A stretch of DNA of 38,605 nucleotides from Patescibacteria group bacterium (GTDB lineage Bacteria; Patescibacteriota; UBA1384; 2-12-FULL-50-11): the NCBI GenBank assembly GCA_041477655.1, contig JBGOUP010000002.1, forward strand, positions 1-38,605, written 5' to 3'. The first letter of the stretch is position 1. The number at the start of each line of letters is the position of its first letter. Shown in pieces: positions 17,901-25,485 of this stretch. The notes under the pieces are model-generated. The model saw only the letters and a program-made list of their open reading frames with translations, was not told where the DNA came from and did not search any database. The position numbers and the translations under genes were made by a program.

Positions 17901-18033
17901 CCAGGTTACCCGTAACACAATTAGGGCATGGAAAAAGGAAATAGAGGTCGCAGAAAGAAGGATCAGAGAGCTTCAAAGACAATTAAATAAGAACAAAAAA
18001 CCTGGTAAGCCTTGGAAGAAAAAGGGAAGATAA
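11935..18033 (+). CDS. secreted RHS/YD-repeat polymorphic toxin (2032 aa)
   Basis: Sec-type signal ending ...SPARA/TES. A DNRLRE-like module (SVTQDWNQDDLNWNNQPS). Many YD repeats (YxYDxxGNL/YDANGN). A CBM4_9-like insert (~aa 900-1090). A LamG-like insert (WMHLAATW...LYVNGQ...LDEARLSSYVRTSSEI). An RHS core ending GARWYDPSIYRFLSEDP...NEYVYARNNPIRYTDPNG, followed by a 99-aa variable tail. Confidence 0.9.
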   Translation: MQDKASIINRLKSSFVYLSVLSLLVQSAPFFISPARATESVGDQSKLDQATYLNGAVEKPEKRTAHSKSFETSDGKGWAEVHQETINYQDGQGNWQPVNNNLATISDPNYAYGNTANRYAAHFKSTLASDFFALQQGSDQISFSLQGGSSVQGTISGTTIIYPNALAGIDFVYSTDSDSVKSQLVLNSEPTSRIVNYQATLSSGLQLSTDSFGNIKVTNGSGTTIWTLPKPSTIQPITHEPIFTNYSSTSLGSNQYQIGFTIPDNFLPVPEKGYPVVIDPSIVLVDSSNTASNYVLQGDPTITYKSSSNNNTIPVGHTTLDEARAFMKFDTSSIPANSSIDSSVFSITMQEERASIPRIKLYSVTQDWNQDDLNWNNQPSVASTFEDSYANDVTYSWWNFDVTNLTKGWYSGSTPNYGFSLRGHDPGVSRRYFFSKYYSSDPNRKFNPYVLIYYHPNSGQGPTPPQMLGTKPWWQTVNSPLAVGNASVNVANGNLAFNFNDVSVQDQGLDVSVSHTYNSQDTYNDKFGYGWTTSANKRLVPSQDRKTVLYVDETGTSFTFRDDDGNGNYLDTPYDASSGFYKQTDHRPNGLTWGLKYDSGADHYIAKSSSNMTYTFDGSGKILEEKDKNANKVTYQYTSGKLTGVVGNSGKTVSLAYDSNGMLASVKDYNDGDSQYSGNGGIVSYLYDNGDLKTLKFQQEGQSNPFATLTFNYTNHRLDSIVDALNNTTSFTYDGSKRVTDIYDAENKHTKIDYTSAGLTKVTTPKYFVDGGDQEKYMTDYYYRTNPYYQTGLVYRQISPKLTNNQNQTVRNITEYDYNDDYQLHATTDPIGAVDASAYDDVSGFLFYQYDENHTLTLEKSYTLSNYDQGDWRLVDSYDGNGTQTSYQYDTNGNVIYKGILDGNINLIHNPGYESNVRDPNVFDPNCSYVKQGLADFWCGTGTGSNNRIYGVDTGTFNDGSKSQYVGFNNNTSSGSVNAFQTINEATRPLPDTDYVLTWNYKNDISSNFYVQIAIIHYDTWGNQIGSTILDSNHYSSSAWDQKSFSFHTPATNSSTGYPYWTSDIFMRAKSDTTGTNAKAWFDSVSLERGTTSSTRTEKAITFTYTDALHSTPTGLPLTETTPEGKTAHYDWDSRGNMLKTTDALNKSTTFTYDANGNKLTKVEPNGNDTLLDPDDYKYAYVYDTRGRIILVKEVKTNNQTTYQYDANGNLIQTTTPNGLITKYTYDKVNRAKTIINPYDYSSNVEYDAQGNPKGIVDPNSNASSVAYDGADRIVQETNPGGQATNYSYDDNNNLKKTDENGKTLQYNYDSTGKLTSETNNQLGSDKTIQYQYDNAGNLTVINNQTGETVNHTYSATGEVTKVTIGAQTTIYTRNKNNQVTKIEKSNGDITEYSYNDDAQFAHIKNSRNNTPYLEYDYGYDANGNRTRITTVTNGNSSETGYQYDNINQLTQSAVVGGLTTNYTYDNAGNITHVAISTGSWTNYTYDGNRLIKKTTSAGSTEYIGYDASGNLTSRDTADKVDFLSHFNNNLINARDNQAGKIENSTQGYTPVYETGKFNQALQLNSQTYISFSSSSNINPNTGTVEMWVKPHWNNGSSTRVFFDYYVDTNSIIRLQKTSTNKLQLFYIRSGANYTATSNSSVTWTNGTWMHLAATWNSTTAKLYVNGQNLSSTNSTYFCDPNLPCDPPWGGRSPKIGFGATTETNPSNYADVSLDEARLSSYVRTSSEISSSYNATSEFTLPHTTTYEYDSHDYLTKITKPDGTVFGYTYDANKRLTKRTKTSASDINYQYDGDKLTQETNNDGSIINKYYYDSQGEILKVTHGSSDYFLTRDGLGGSISLRDGNGNSASSYVYDDWGKLVSKTEQFSMPVRYASYWYDDDAGLYHMGARWYDPSIYRFLSEDPDPGDQNDSITQNEYVYARNNPIRYTDPNGKFAWAFTLAANPEVTAFVLLAYAVILLANNSGIKNRIAGQLGHIQEHLGKIRDKAGQVTRNTIRAWKKEIEVAERRIRELQRQLNKNKKPGKPWKKKGR

Positions 18034-18377
18034 TGATTAAAAGTACAAGGAAAGATATTCAAAAGACCCTTGAAATGGTTAGTAGCTTCGAGGGAAAGTT
18101 TAAAGAAATTAGCTTAAAACACTCAAAAAGCGAGATTCTATCAAAATCTACGCTGGCGGCCGATCTAGCAGACATACAAGAGGCGGCTTTCGCAATCTCT
18201 GACCTAGTCGATAGATTGGATGAATTATTATTGACTCATAAAAATATGGCGGGAAAAGCATTGATTGATTTGACTATACAATTAGACCATATTCAGTATC
18301 ATTACAAAGAAGGCAAAAGAGATATGGAAACTCTGGCTGACCTGCTTTACGAAAAGGCAAAAAGCGACAAATCTTAG
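18033..18377 (+). CDS. small helical protein, immunity candidate for the RHS C-terminal module
   Basis: ATG 18033 overlaps the RHS stop (TAATG). It encodes a 114-aa all-helical acidic protein with no TM and no family I recognise. Position immediately 3' of an RHS toxin is the classical immunity slot. Confidence 0.5.
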   Translation: MIKSTRKDIQKTLEMVSSFEGKFKEISLKHSKSEILSKSTLAADLADIQEAAFAISDLVDRLDELLLTHKNMAGKALIDLTIQLDHIQYHYKEGKRDMETLADLLYEKAKSDKS

Positions 18378-18499
18378 GAAAGCCATTTTTTCCCTAAAAT
18401 ACCTAACTGGTAACTTGTACTACTCCAACTGGCGAATATATTGAGGATTCTAGGAAAATTTTGACAACGTATAAAATATACTATTCAGGGGAATTGTAG

Positions 18500-19084
18500 A
18501 TGACATCAAAGGAAATATCCGAGAAGTATAATAAAGGGCTTGAACACTATAAGAATAGAGATTACAAAAAAGCCCTAAAGGAATATAAAGATATTGTTAA
18601 GTTAGATCCTAATTTTAGCGATGCCGTTAATGATATCGGGCTTTGTTATTTACATCTCAAGAAATACCCTTTGGCATTAGGATACTTTGAGAAAGCAACA
18701 AGTTTAGAGCCTGAAAATTGGGTTCCTCAATCGAATATTGCAATGGCGCTTGTTGGTCAGAAAAGAAATTCAAAGGCTATACCATTTTTCCAGAAGGCGC
18801 TCAAACTGGGTGGCGATGAAGATGTGCTGTTTAATACCGCGGTTAATTTTTATGTATTAGCGGCGAAAGAACACTTAGATGACAATACTAAACAAGCCCA
18901 TCGCTATATAGACAAAGCTATTAAGCTTTATCCCAAGGATGCTGACTTCTTTGTGTTAAGGGGTGACTTGCTAAGTGATCAGAATGAGGGAGAAGCTGCC
19001 TTATATAGTTATCTGAAAGCAAAAGAGCTGGGTGATAGGTCCAAGGCTCTATCCAATAAAATCAATAAGCTCAAAGATAAATGA
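18500..19084 (+). CDS. tetratricopeptide (TPR) repeat protein
   Basis: Repeated 34-aa pattern, for example YKKALKEYKDIVKLDPNFSDAVNDIGLCYLHLKKYPLALGYFEKATSLEPEN. The gene is AT-rich. Confidence 0.8.
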   Translation: MTSKEISEKYNKGLEHYKNRDYKKALKEYKDIVKLDPNFSDAVNDIGLCYLHLKKYPLALGYFEKATSLEPENWVPQSNIAMALVGQKRNSKAIPFFQKALKLGGDEDVLFNTAVNFYVLAAKEHLDDNTKQAHRYIDKAIKLYPKDADFFVLRGDLLSDQNEGEAALYSYLKAKELGDRSKALSNKINKLKDK

Positions 19085-19085
19085 A

Positions 19086-19197
19086 TCTCCCTGGGCTCCC
19101 GCCCAGGGAATCTTCTTCTTCGCTCCGCGCCATCTTGCTTGGAAAAGCGGCGGGGGCTCTCATCCACTGGCTTCCGCCCGTGGTATCCTCGCTAAGA
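19086..19197 (-). repeat. structured intergenic element, copy E (divergent)
   Basis: The minus-strand read runs CTTAGCGAGG..., CGGAAG, CGCTTTTCCAAGCAAGAT, then the terminal hairpin TCCCTGGGC/GCCCAGGGA (19088-19109). It shares CCAAG(T/C)AAGAT with copy C. Confidence 0.45.
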
Positions 19198-19445
19198 ATA
19201 AAAAGTAACGTTGGTTGGACTTTTTGTAAAGAAGATTACACCAATGACTCCAGAGAGGAAACGGTCAAGTCCGCTATTAATTTCTCTAAGAAGCTTGAAA
19301 GGCATTGGAGCTAACAAGAAAACGCTTAGTAAAACTGCCGGAACTTCAGCGGGTATAGTTGATATAAAAGTAGCGTTTCAGCCATATCAGCGTTACTCAT
19401 CAAACCTATGTATGATCGAAGGTGCGGAGGTCATTCAGCATGGAT

Positions 19446-22400
19446 CTACGGTGACGTTTCTTGCAAGCTAAAGACGTTGTTGCGGGCGTTGACGATGAAG
19501 GCTCGGCGGACCCCGCCGTAGTAGCCAATTACCCGGTAGGTGTCGGTCTGGCCTAATGTCTGACTAGCGCTCAAGGTAAAAGCCAAATCTTCTGGGTCGG
19601 GCAACCAGTCGAGCAGGTATTTTTTATTGCTGGTGTCACACGAGCCATCAACCTTGTAGGAGCCACAGTAACTAAAGCCTCGGGCGGGATCATCGAGCGT
19701 GGTTCGGCCAGGTTGATAGACCAATGCCGCGCCAATGCCCATAGTTGTCACCAGTATCGATCCCCCGTTGTCTAAACGACTAAAGCCAGCCAGCATAGTA
19801 GTTTTATCCGAAGTCAAAGCCGGATCGTCGGTGATGTTGTTAGGATAATAACCTTCTTGCTCGGATCGACCGATGGTTGAGGCAAATGATCGCGACGGCC
19901 CAGACAGAATCATGCTGGGGCTATCGCCGGTTTTACGCCAAGCCGAGCCTGGGTTAATAACACCGAGGCTGGCTCCAGCTGTATAGCCAGAAATATCACT
20001 TTTGTCTTGGCTGGATCTTCCCATACTTCCCAAATGCCGCAATTGCTGGCCGTCGCAGGCTTGAGGACCGACGGATGGCTGGCCGACATAGGTACAGGTT
20101 TTGTCGATAGATGAGCGGGTAATTTTGAAACTATCTCGGTCTGTTGTTCCCGAAGGCAAGGCGTCATAGGCGCCGTCAATCATTCGCCTGCCGTCGAGCG
20201 TCGAGCTGCCATTATCAGCTAATGTAAATGTCTCACTGCCAGACGAGCTGGTTTCCGGCGTGCCCAGAATTCGCGGGCCAAAAACAGTCGCGTTATCAAA
20301 ATCGTGACCGTCAAATCGCTGTTTGCCACCAAAGTAGACGGCTTTGGTTACAACATTGCCGCCGATATTCTCTTGATAAACATCGAGGCCACCACCAAAC
20401 AGATTAGGCAAATCGCCACTTTGGTTTAAGCCAGACTGATTAAGTGCCCAGCCTGCCTCGTTCGCTCCCGACTTACCGGCGTTGGTCTCTTTCCAAAAAC
20501 TGCCGTCAGTACCGTAGGTAGCGCCGGTCAAAAACAAACTTGAGCTGGCGCTACTGCCACTGCCGGTGGTTATAATCGCCCCGGCACCGTCCTGGCGTGG
20601 TGCCGGTCGGTCTTTAACATTAACACTATTGTCTTTGCCACTGGCTCGAATGGCCCAGGAAATTGCCGTATTCGAGTTGGCCAATCCGCTGGTCACGTCA
20701 GTCTGCCACTCCAAAGCTCCAGCCTTATATGGGTCGAAACCGCCACCGTTCATGTAAAGTTGGTAGTTGCTCAACATTAATGACCGAACGGTTGTGCCGT
20801 CACTGACCAGACCACCAGCTAATCCAGCTAAGGATAACGGTGAAGAAATGAGTTTGGTATTGAGCTGGAGACGGACGTCACTACCGATGGTTCGGGAACT
20901 AATCTTTCCAATATAGAACTGACCAGATTCATAGCCGGCTAAAACAATCGCTCCGCGAGGTATTTGGTTAAGATCGCTAGAATTGGGCGACTTACCTAGA
21001 ACTTCAGCCGAACCATTGGTCGATAAACTAACACCCGACATGGTTTTGTTGAGCTCGCCAACATAGGCCAACGTTACCTTGGCATTTTTACTATCACCTG
21101 ACAGGCCAGTATCGCCAGGATAAGTCGAATCATGTCTAAGCACGACCTGAATTAACGAACCCGGGTGGCTTAGCCCAGCCACATTGCCATGAAAAACCTC
21201 GAAGGTATCGGCCTGTTGTCGCTCAATCGAGATCCTGGCGCCAACGGCCAGGTATTGGGAGGCGGCGTCGCTATCGGGAAAATTAACAGTCCAGCTACCG
21301 TCGCTTGGCCAACTGCCATCTGTTGGCGTTAGACCCGAGTTGTTAGCCGAAGCATCGGTAAAAATAGTGGCACTGGGCGGGAAATTTAGGACTTGCAAAC
21401 TTAACGATCCACCGGGTTTAGCGGGCGAGCTTAAGGGTAGTAGTCGCCAGGTGACTTGAGTCGAAGGGACGCTTGGCAGGTCTAGCACCCAAGTCGTAGC
21501 TGGCCGATAGGCCGAAGAATCCATCTGTTGACTACCGCCGTTAACGACCAAGTGGGAGACCCCATCTGAAGTCGTCGAAACTCGGGCGTTGGCTCCAGAC
21601 GCGGGCAAAGGAATTTTCAGGGCAGATCCTGAAGTATAATTGGTGGTGAAGTCGTTGCTACTGTCTTTCTCTTTACTGGTAAAGTAGAAGATGTTGTTGG
21701 TAATGGCCGAAACGTAACCAAATAATTCACTGTCAATTTGGTCAAAGTTAGACGGGTACTTATCCAGAGTCACTGCGTCGCCAACAGCTAAACCTTCACT
21801 CCCCGTTGTCATAACACATCCGTTGCCAGCACCGACGCAAACCAGCTCACTGTTCTGACGTTGGATCGGCTGAATACTTAAACTTTTAAGAGTGACGTTT
21901 GGGCCACCTCCATAACCAGAGATAGTGACAGTAATGATATTGTCGTTACCGTTAATGGCCGTAATTGATCCCCAGGCTCGAAACTCATTACCCGCCTGGG
22001 TTATTCCAGACAGGTAGACCTTGTCGCCTTGAGCAAACCCAGCCGCACTGCGGTAAATGGTGAAGCTGTTGGTGTCCCCGGGTGAGGTATTGATGGTTAT
22101 AGTAGCAGGGGCGGGGGGAAAATTAACCTGGGCGTTCCACTGCCATCCGGGCTTACCAGAACGATCGGCCAGGCTAGATTGAACGCGGAGAGTGTACTGA
22201 TCGCCGTTGGTAATTTTTTGAGACGCGTCAGCATTGATAACTGCTTTTTTCCAGGATTTGGCGTTTAAATCATAGAAATAGACGTCGTTACTAAAACGTT
22301 GAGCTAACCGGAAGTTGACCCGGTTGTAAGCCAAACAGAGCCTTTGGGTGGCATCAAGACAGTTACGACCGCCAGGTGAGGATCCTTCATTGCCTTGGGC

Positions 22401-24377
22401 TTCGTTGTAACTTCCGCCGTACAAGACCAGCCGGTGGTTCTGTTCATCCAAGGCCAGACTGGACCCATAAAGTGAGTTAGGCACGTCACTGGCATTACCG
22501 CCGCTGATTGGCACGTTGGCCACGAACTGCCAGGCATTTACCGACGGTGTGTAGTACAAAAGTTCGTCTAGCTGGGAGTAGAGACCGCCATCGTAGGAAT
22601 TGCTATCAATCCTGCCGCCAAACAGAGCGATTTTTTTGGTGCCGTCAGTGTCGGTAAAGGCGGTGTGGGCGAAATCCCTGACCGGCTTGGGGTAAGAACG
22701 AAAACTATCCACGGAAAAACCGGTGACGCTTGTTCCGGACACGTCAACTCGATCAACCACTCCCCACAGCCTAGTACTGCCTTTAGTCAAACCAACGATA
22801 TCGCCCAAGGCTGGACAAGCTACGTAGGTATAGGGGCTGGAGGTTTGATGGGGACAAGATTTTTCGCTGACGACATTGACAACGGCGTCCTTAGCGCCGT
22901 TGTTTCCCGACAAGGTGACGCTGGAGAAGGACTGTTTGGTGGAGAACTGGGGATCGCTAACTAAGCCGACCGCCCCTAACTCGCTGGACGGCACATAGCC
23001 GCCGCCAGGATCTTTTTTCTGGGGAGTGTCAGTGGCGTCAGCGCTCAATGTCAAAACCACTGTCGAGTTGCTGCCGTTAGTGGCGATAGATTTAACGGTA
23101 ACATTATAGAGCTTGCCTTGATCGTCGGTCCGGCCACTTAATCGGCCGTAGGTCTGATTATTTTTATCCAGCAGTTGTAGCGCGACAGTTCCGTTGATCC
23201 TCAAACCTTCCAGCGATCCGTAGAGAAGCATAGTCACGTCGTGGCCAGCCTGAAATGTGACTTGGTTTTGTCCGGATTGGCCAAAAGTGAAGAAGCTAAA
23301 GGGCCTGGCGCCACGGAGGATATCCACGTCCCAGCCGCTATCGTTGGTTAGCGAGTCGAGGTTAGGCAAGGCTTGCTTCTGCCAGGTGGCGTCGCCAGCA
23401 ACATCGCCGGAAACATAGGGACCGTTGAGGGAGCTCTCGGGCAAATCGTTCCAAAGTGTCGGTTGCGCCCAAGTCAGCCGGTTGGTAGGACTGGCTACAA
23501 ACAGGTCACCCAAGCCATATTGGTAGAGAACGTCATCGGTCATCGAGGCATCTAGCCAAACTTTCAAATTATTACTAGTGATGACGCCCTCGAATTTACT
23601 TCGAAGATTTCCGGCCGAGATAGTCCCGAAACTGCCGTTGTCCAAAATCGTCCCGGAATCAACAAAACGAGGCAAGTAGGGGATATAAAGCAAGTCTAAT
23701 CCCTGGTAGAGAGAGTGAACGCCGTCCGAGGCTTTTTTGCTCAAGAATTCGTCTTGAGGGCCGTTATATTTAATCGTCCAATAGCTTTCTTCGGTTGGGT
23801 TACTGCCAACTGGCGCGTAAGGATTATAGAAATGGCCCATTTGAGTCAGCGAACTGACTGTCTGGGCGACATCAGGGCTGTTGCCAGGAATATCTTTGAG
23901 CCGAGTATCATTAACGATGTTGGCAATTTGGAAAATCATGGCTGGGTTGCTAGTTGAGTCCTGACTATATAAGTAACCGCCAGTGCTAACCCAAGGTGAC
24001 AGTACCCCAACCGACAGACAGCGGGGCAAGCGGGTTGTATCAGGTTCAACTGTGTAAAGTGTCGAGCGAGGGCTGGGTTTATAAGTAGAAATGTCGCTGA
24101 TTGGGCCGGTTGGAAGATTCTTGTCCAGGTCATAGCCCTTGATAGCGTCAATCGAAGAACCGCTCTTGAGCGTGTTCTCTAAGTCGGTCACGCCGCTTTT
24201 GGCCGCCAGTTCGGCCACACTCGATGAGCCAATCCGATCAGTTGCCGACAACTGCTGATAACGCAGAGCCGCCCCGCCCAAGGCCATGCTGGTAATAATG
24301 GCCACGACCATAATAGTCAGAAGCAGGGCCGAACCCGGACGGCGGACCATAAACGAAGCCATCGGCCGATTGGTCAT
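19446..24377 (-). CDS. giant (1643 aa) pilus-associated protein with GspK/PilX-like N-terminal anchor
   Basis: The N-terminus MVRRPGSALLLTIMVVAIITSMALGGAAL is a pseudopilin-like hydrophobic segment without Glu5, as in GspK/PilX. It is the last gene of the minor-pilin operon, with an ATGA overlap to the upstream pilin. A Kelch-like stretch is present (LFGGRIDSNSYDGG...LVLYGGSYN...YFYDLNAKSWKK). Confidence 0.7.
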   Translation of the reverse strand: MTNRPMASFMVRRPGSALLLTIMVVAIITSMALGGAALRYQQLSATDRIGSSSVAELAAKSGVTDLENTLKSGSSIDAIKGYDLDKNLPTGPISDISTYKPSPRSTLYTVEPDTTRLPRCLSVGVLSPWVSTGGYLYSQDSTSNPAMIFQIANIVNDTRLKDIPGNSPDVAQTVSSLTQMGHFYNPYAPVGSNPTEESYWTIKYNGPQDEFLSKKASDGVHSLYQGLDLLYIPYLPRFVDSGTILDNGSFGTISAGNLRSKFEGVITSNNLKVWLDASMTDDVLYQYGLGDLFVASPTNRLTWAQPTLWNDLPESSLNGPYVSGDVAGDATWQKQALPNLDSLTNDSGWDVDILRGARPFSFFTFGQSGQNQVTFQAGHDVTMLLYGSLEGLRINGTVALQLLDKNNQTYGRLSGRTDDQGKLYNVTVKSIATNGSNSTVVLTLSADATDTPQKKDPGGGYVPSSELGAVGLVSDPQFSTKQSFSSVTLSGNNGAKDAVVNVVSEKSCPHQTSSPYTYVACPALGDIVGLTKGSTRLWGVVDRVDVSGTSVTGFSVDSFRSYPKPVRDFAHTAFTDTDGTKKIALFGGRIDSNSYDGGLYSQLDELLYYTPSVNAWQFVANVPISGGNASDVPNSLYGSSLALDEQNHRLVLYGGSYNEAQGNEGSSPGGRNCLDATQRLCLAYNRVNFRLAQRFSNDVYFYDLNAKSWKKAVINADASQKITNGDQYTLRVQSSLADRSGKPGWQWNAQVNFPPAPATITINTSPGDTNSFTIYRSAAGFAQGDKVYLSGITQAGNEFRAWGSITAINGNDNIITVTISGYGGGPNVTLKSLSIQPIQRQNSELVCVGAGNGCVMTTGSEGLAVGDAVTLDKYPSNFDQIDSELFGYVSAITNNIFYFTSKEKDSSNDFTTNYTSGSALKIPLPASGANARVSTTSDGVSHLVVNGGSQQMDSSAYRPATTWVLDLPSVPSTQVTWRLLPLSSPAKPGGSLSLQVLNFPPSATIFTDASANNSGLTPTDGSWPSDGSWTVNFPDSDAASQYLAVGARISIERQQADTFEVFHGNVAGLSHPGSLIQVVLRHDSTYPGDTGLSGDSKNAKVTLAYVGELNKTMSGVSLSTNGSAEVLGKSPNSSDLNQIPRGAIVLAGYESGQFYIGKISSRTIGSDVRLQLNTKLISSPLSLAGLAGGLVSDGTTVRSLMLSNYQLYMNGGGFDPYKAGALEWQTDVTSGLANSNTAISWAIRASGKDNSVNVKDRPAPRQDGAGAIITTGSGSSASSSLFLTGATYGTDGSFWKETNAGKSGANEAGWALNQSGLNQSGDLPNLFGGGLDVYQENIGGNVVTKAVYFGGKQRFDGHDFDNATVFGPRILGTPETSSSGSETFTLADNGSSTLDGRRMIDGAYDALPSGTTDRDSFKITRSSIDKTCTYVGQPSVGPQACDGQQLRHLGSMGRSSQDKSDISGYTAGASLGVINPGSAWRKTGDSPSMILSGPSRSFASTIGRSEQEGYYPNNITDDPALTSDKTTMLAGFSRLDNGGSILVTTMGIGAALVYQPGRTTLDDPARGFSYCGSYKVDGSCDTSNKKYLLDWLPDPEDLAFTLSASQTLGQTDTYRVIGYYGGVRRAFIVNARNNVFSLQETSP

Positions 24378-25006
24378 TGGCTAACTCCCACCGCTAGGCT
24401 TGAAGCGATAGTCAGGTCCGGTTTGTTAGCTTCGGTGGCCGCGGCTTGCTTAATGCCAGCCTCGCGAAGATCCAAGCTGTAACGAAGCAAACCGCATTTG
24501 CCAGAGCAACTATCGGTGTCGGCCATCATCACCTGAAAGTCAGTTGCCTCAACACTGGCGGCGACTAAGCGTCCCTGGTATAGAACCGGCGAGCCAAACT
24601 GACAAACACCTTGGTTGTTCATACTAAAATTCTTGGAAACTAGAGTTTCTTTGGTCGTACTCTGGGCTGGCGAAAAATCGTAGGTTTCTTGGCCGGTCTG
24701 GTTATTATAAGAATAGTGGGCTCGACCAACCTGAACGCAAATGTTCTGGCTTTGATCGCTGGCGAAGCGTTTAATCGTTAGTAAATTATTGGCTGAATCT
24801 ATTTCAATATCGCCTAGCTTGGCCGTGGCTACCGCCCGGCGTAGAGTGTCTGAAGTTGAACGAGCGCCCTCAAGCAGGGCTGAACGATGTTCGGCTCGAA
24901 TCAACAAGTTATTTGAGCCGATAGTGGCCGACAGAGCGATACTGATGGCCAGAAGAAACAAGGTCACCGCCACCAGTAGCTCAATCAGGGTAAAGCCGGA
25001 TTTCAT
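24374..25006 (-). CDS. minor pilin (prepilin-type N-terminal cleavage/methylation domain)
   Basis: MKSG/FTLIELLVAVTLFLLAISIAL is a class III signal with Gly-1 and Glu+5. Confidence 0.8.
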   Translation of the reverse strand: MKSGFTLIELLVAVTLFLLAISIALSATIGSNNLLIRAEHRSALLEGARSTSDTLRRAVATAKLGDIEIDSANNLLTIKRFASDQSQNICVQVGRAHYSYNNQTGQETYDFSPAQSTTKETLVSKNFSMNNQGVCQFGSPVLYQGRLVAASVEATDFQVMMADTDSCSGKCGLLRYSLDLREAGIKQAAATEANKPDLTIASSLAVGVSQ

Positions 25007-25485
25007 TACTGGTTGGCTCCTTGCAAAAAATATTTAGTGCTAATCTGCCGGTTACTGCCCGTGCCCCAACTGACTGTGGTAGCGATTAGATAATGCCCGG
25101 GTTTGGCCGGAGCCGGCGTTTCAGTCGCTTTGATCTGACGGGAAAAGCGTAACCTCGACCGCCCAAGTTGGACTGAAGCCGGTTGGGATTTTAGGTTGCA
25201 ATTACTCTTAGGGCTAATCGCGGTGTCACAGACAAGATAACAAACGCTAGTGGTGCAACTAGCCTGACTAAAGAAAGTAGTTGCGTCGGCGTGATTGAGC
25301 GAAGCTAGACTGACTGACAGATAGGCGTTGGCTTCGTCATTGAGGGCGTAGGCTATCGATTTGGTCTCTGAATCAGTAACCAACCGCAATGTCGCCACGT
25401 TCAGAGCTATGACGGCAAAGCCAACTAATATTAGGAAAGCGATACTGAACAGCACTTCCATTAATGAGAAACCTGGTTTTGTCAT
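25006..25485 (-). CDS. minor pilin (prepilin-type)
   Basis: MTKPG/FSLMEVLFSIAFLILVGFAV has Gly-1 and Glu+5. There is a 1-nt overlap with both neighbours. Confidence 0.75.
   Translation of the reverse strand: MTKPGFSLMEVLFSIAFLILVGFAVIALNVATLRLVTDSETKSIAYALNDEANAYLSVSLASLNHADATTFFSQASCTTSVCYLVCDTAISPKSNCNLKSQPASVQLGRSRLRFSRQIKATETPAPAKPGHYLIATTVSWGTGSNRQISTKYFLQGANQ

Noticed and set aside
19081-19471. ORFs 19081..19314 and 19211..19471 in the gap between the TPR gene and the giant gene.
   Set aside because: They have no SD and non-ATG or weak starts. One translates element copy E and the other overlaps the giant gene's 3' end. The 19198-19445 stretch remains unexplained non-coding DNA.
19910-24151. 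Embedded or antisense ORFs within the giant pilus gene, and likewise within the pilin genes, pilC, groEL, groES, the M16 peptidase, GT4, ndk and the Pro-rich gene.
   Set aside because: This is the same situation. They are shadow ORFs of GC-richer or repetitive coding sequence with no independent support.
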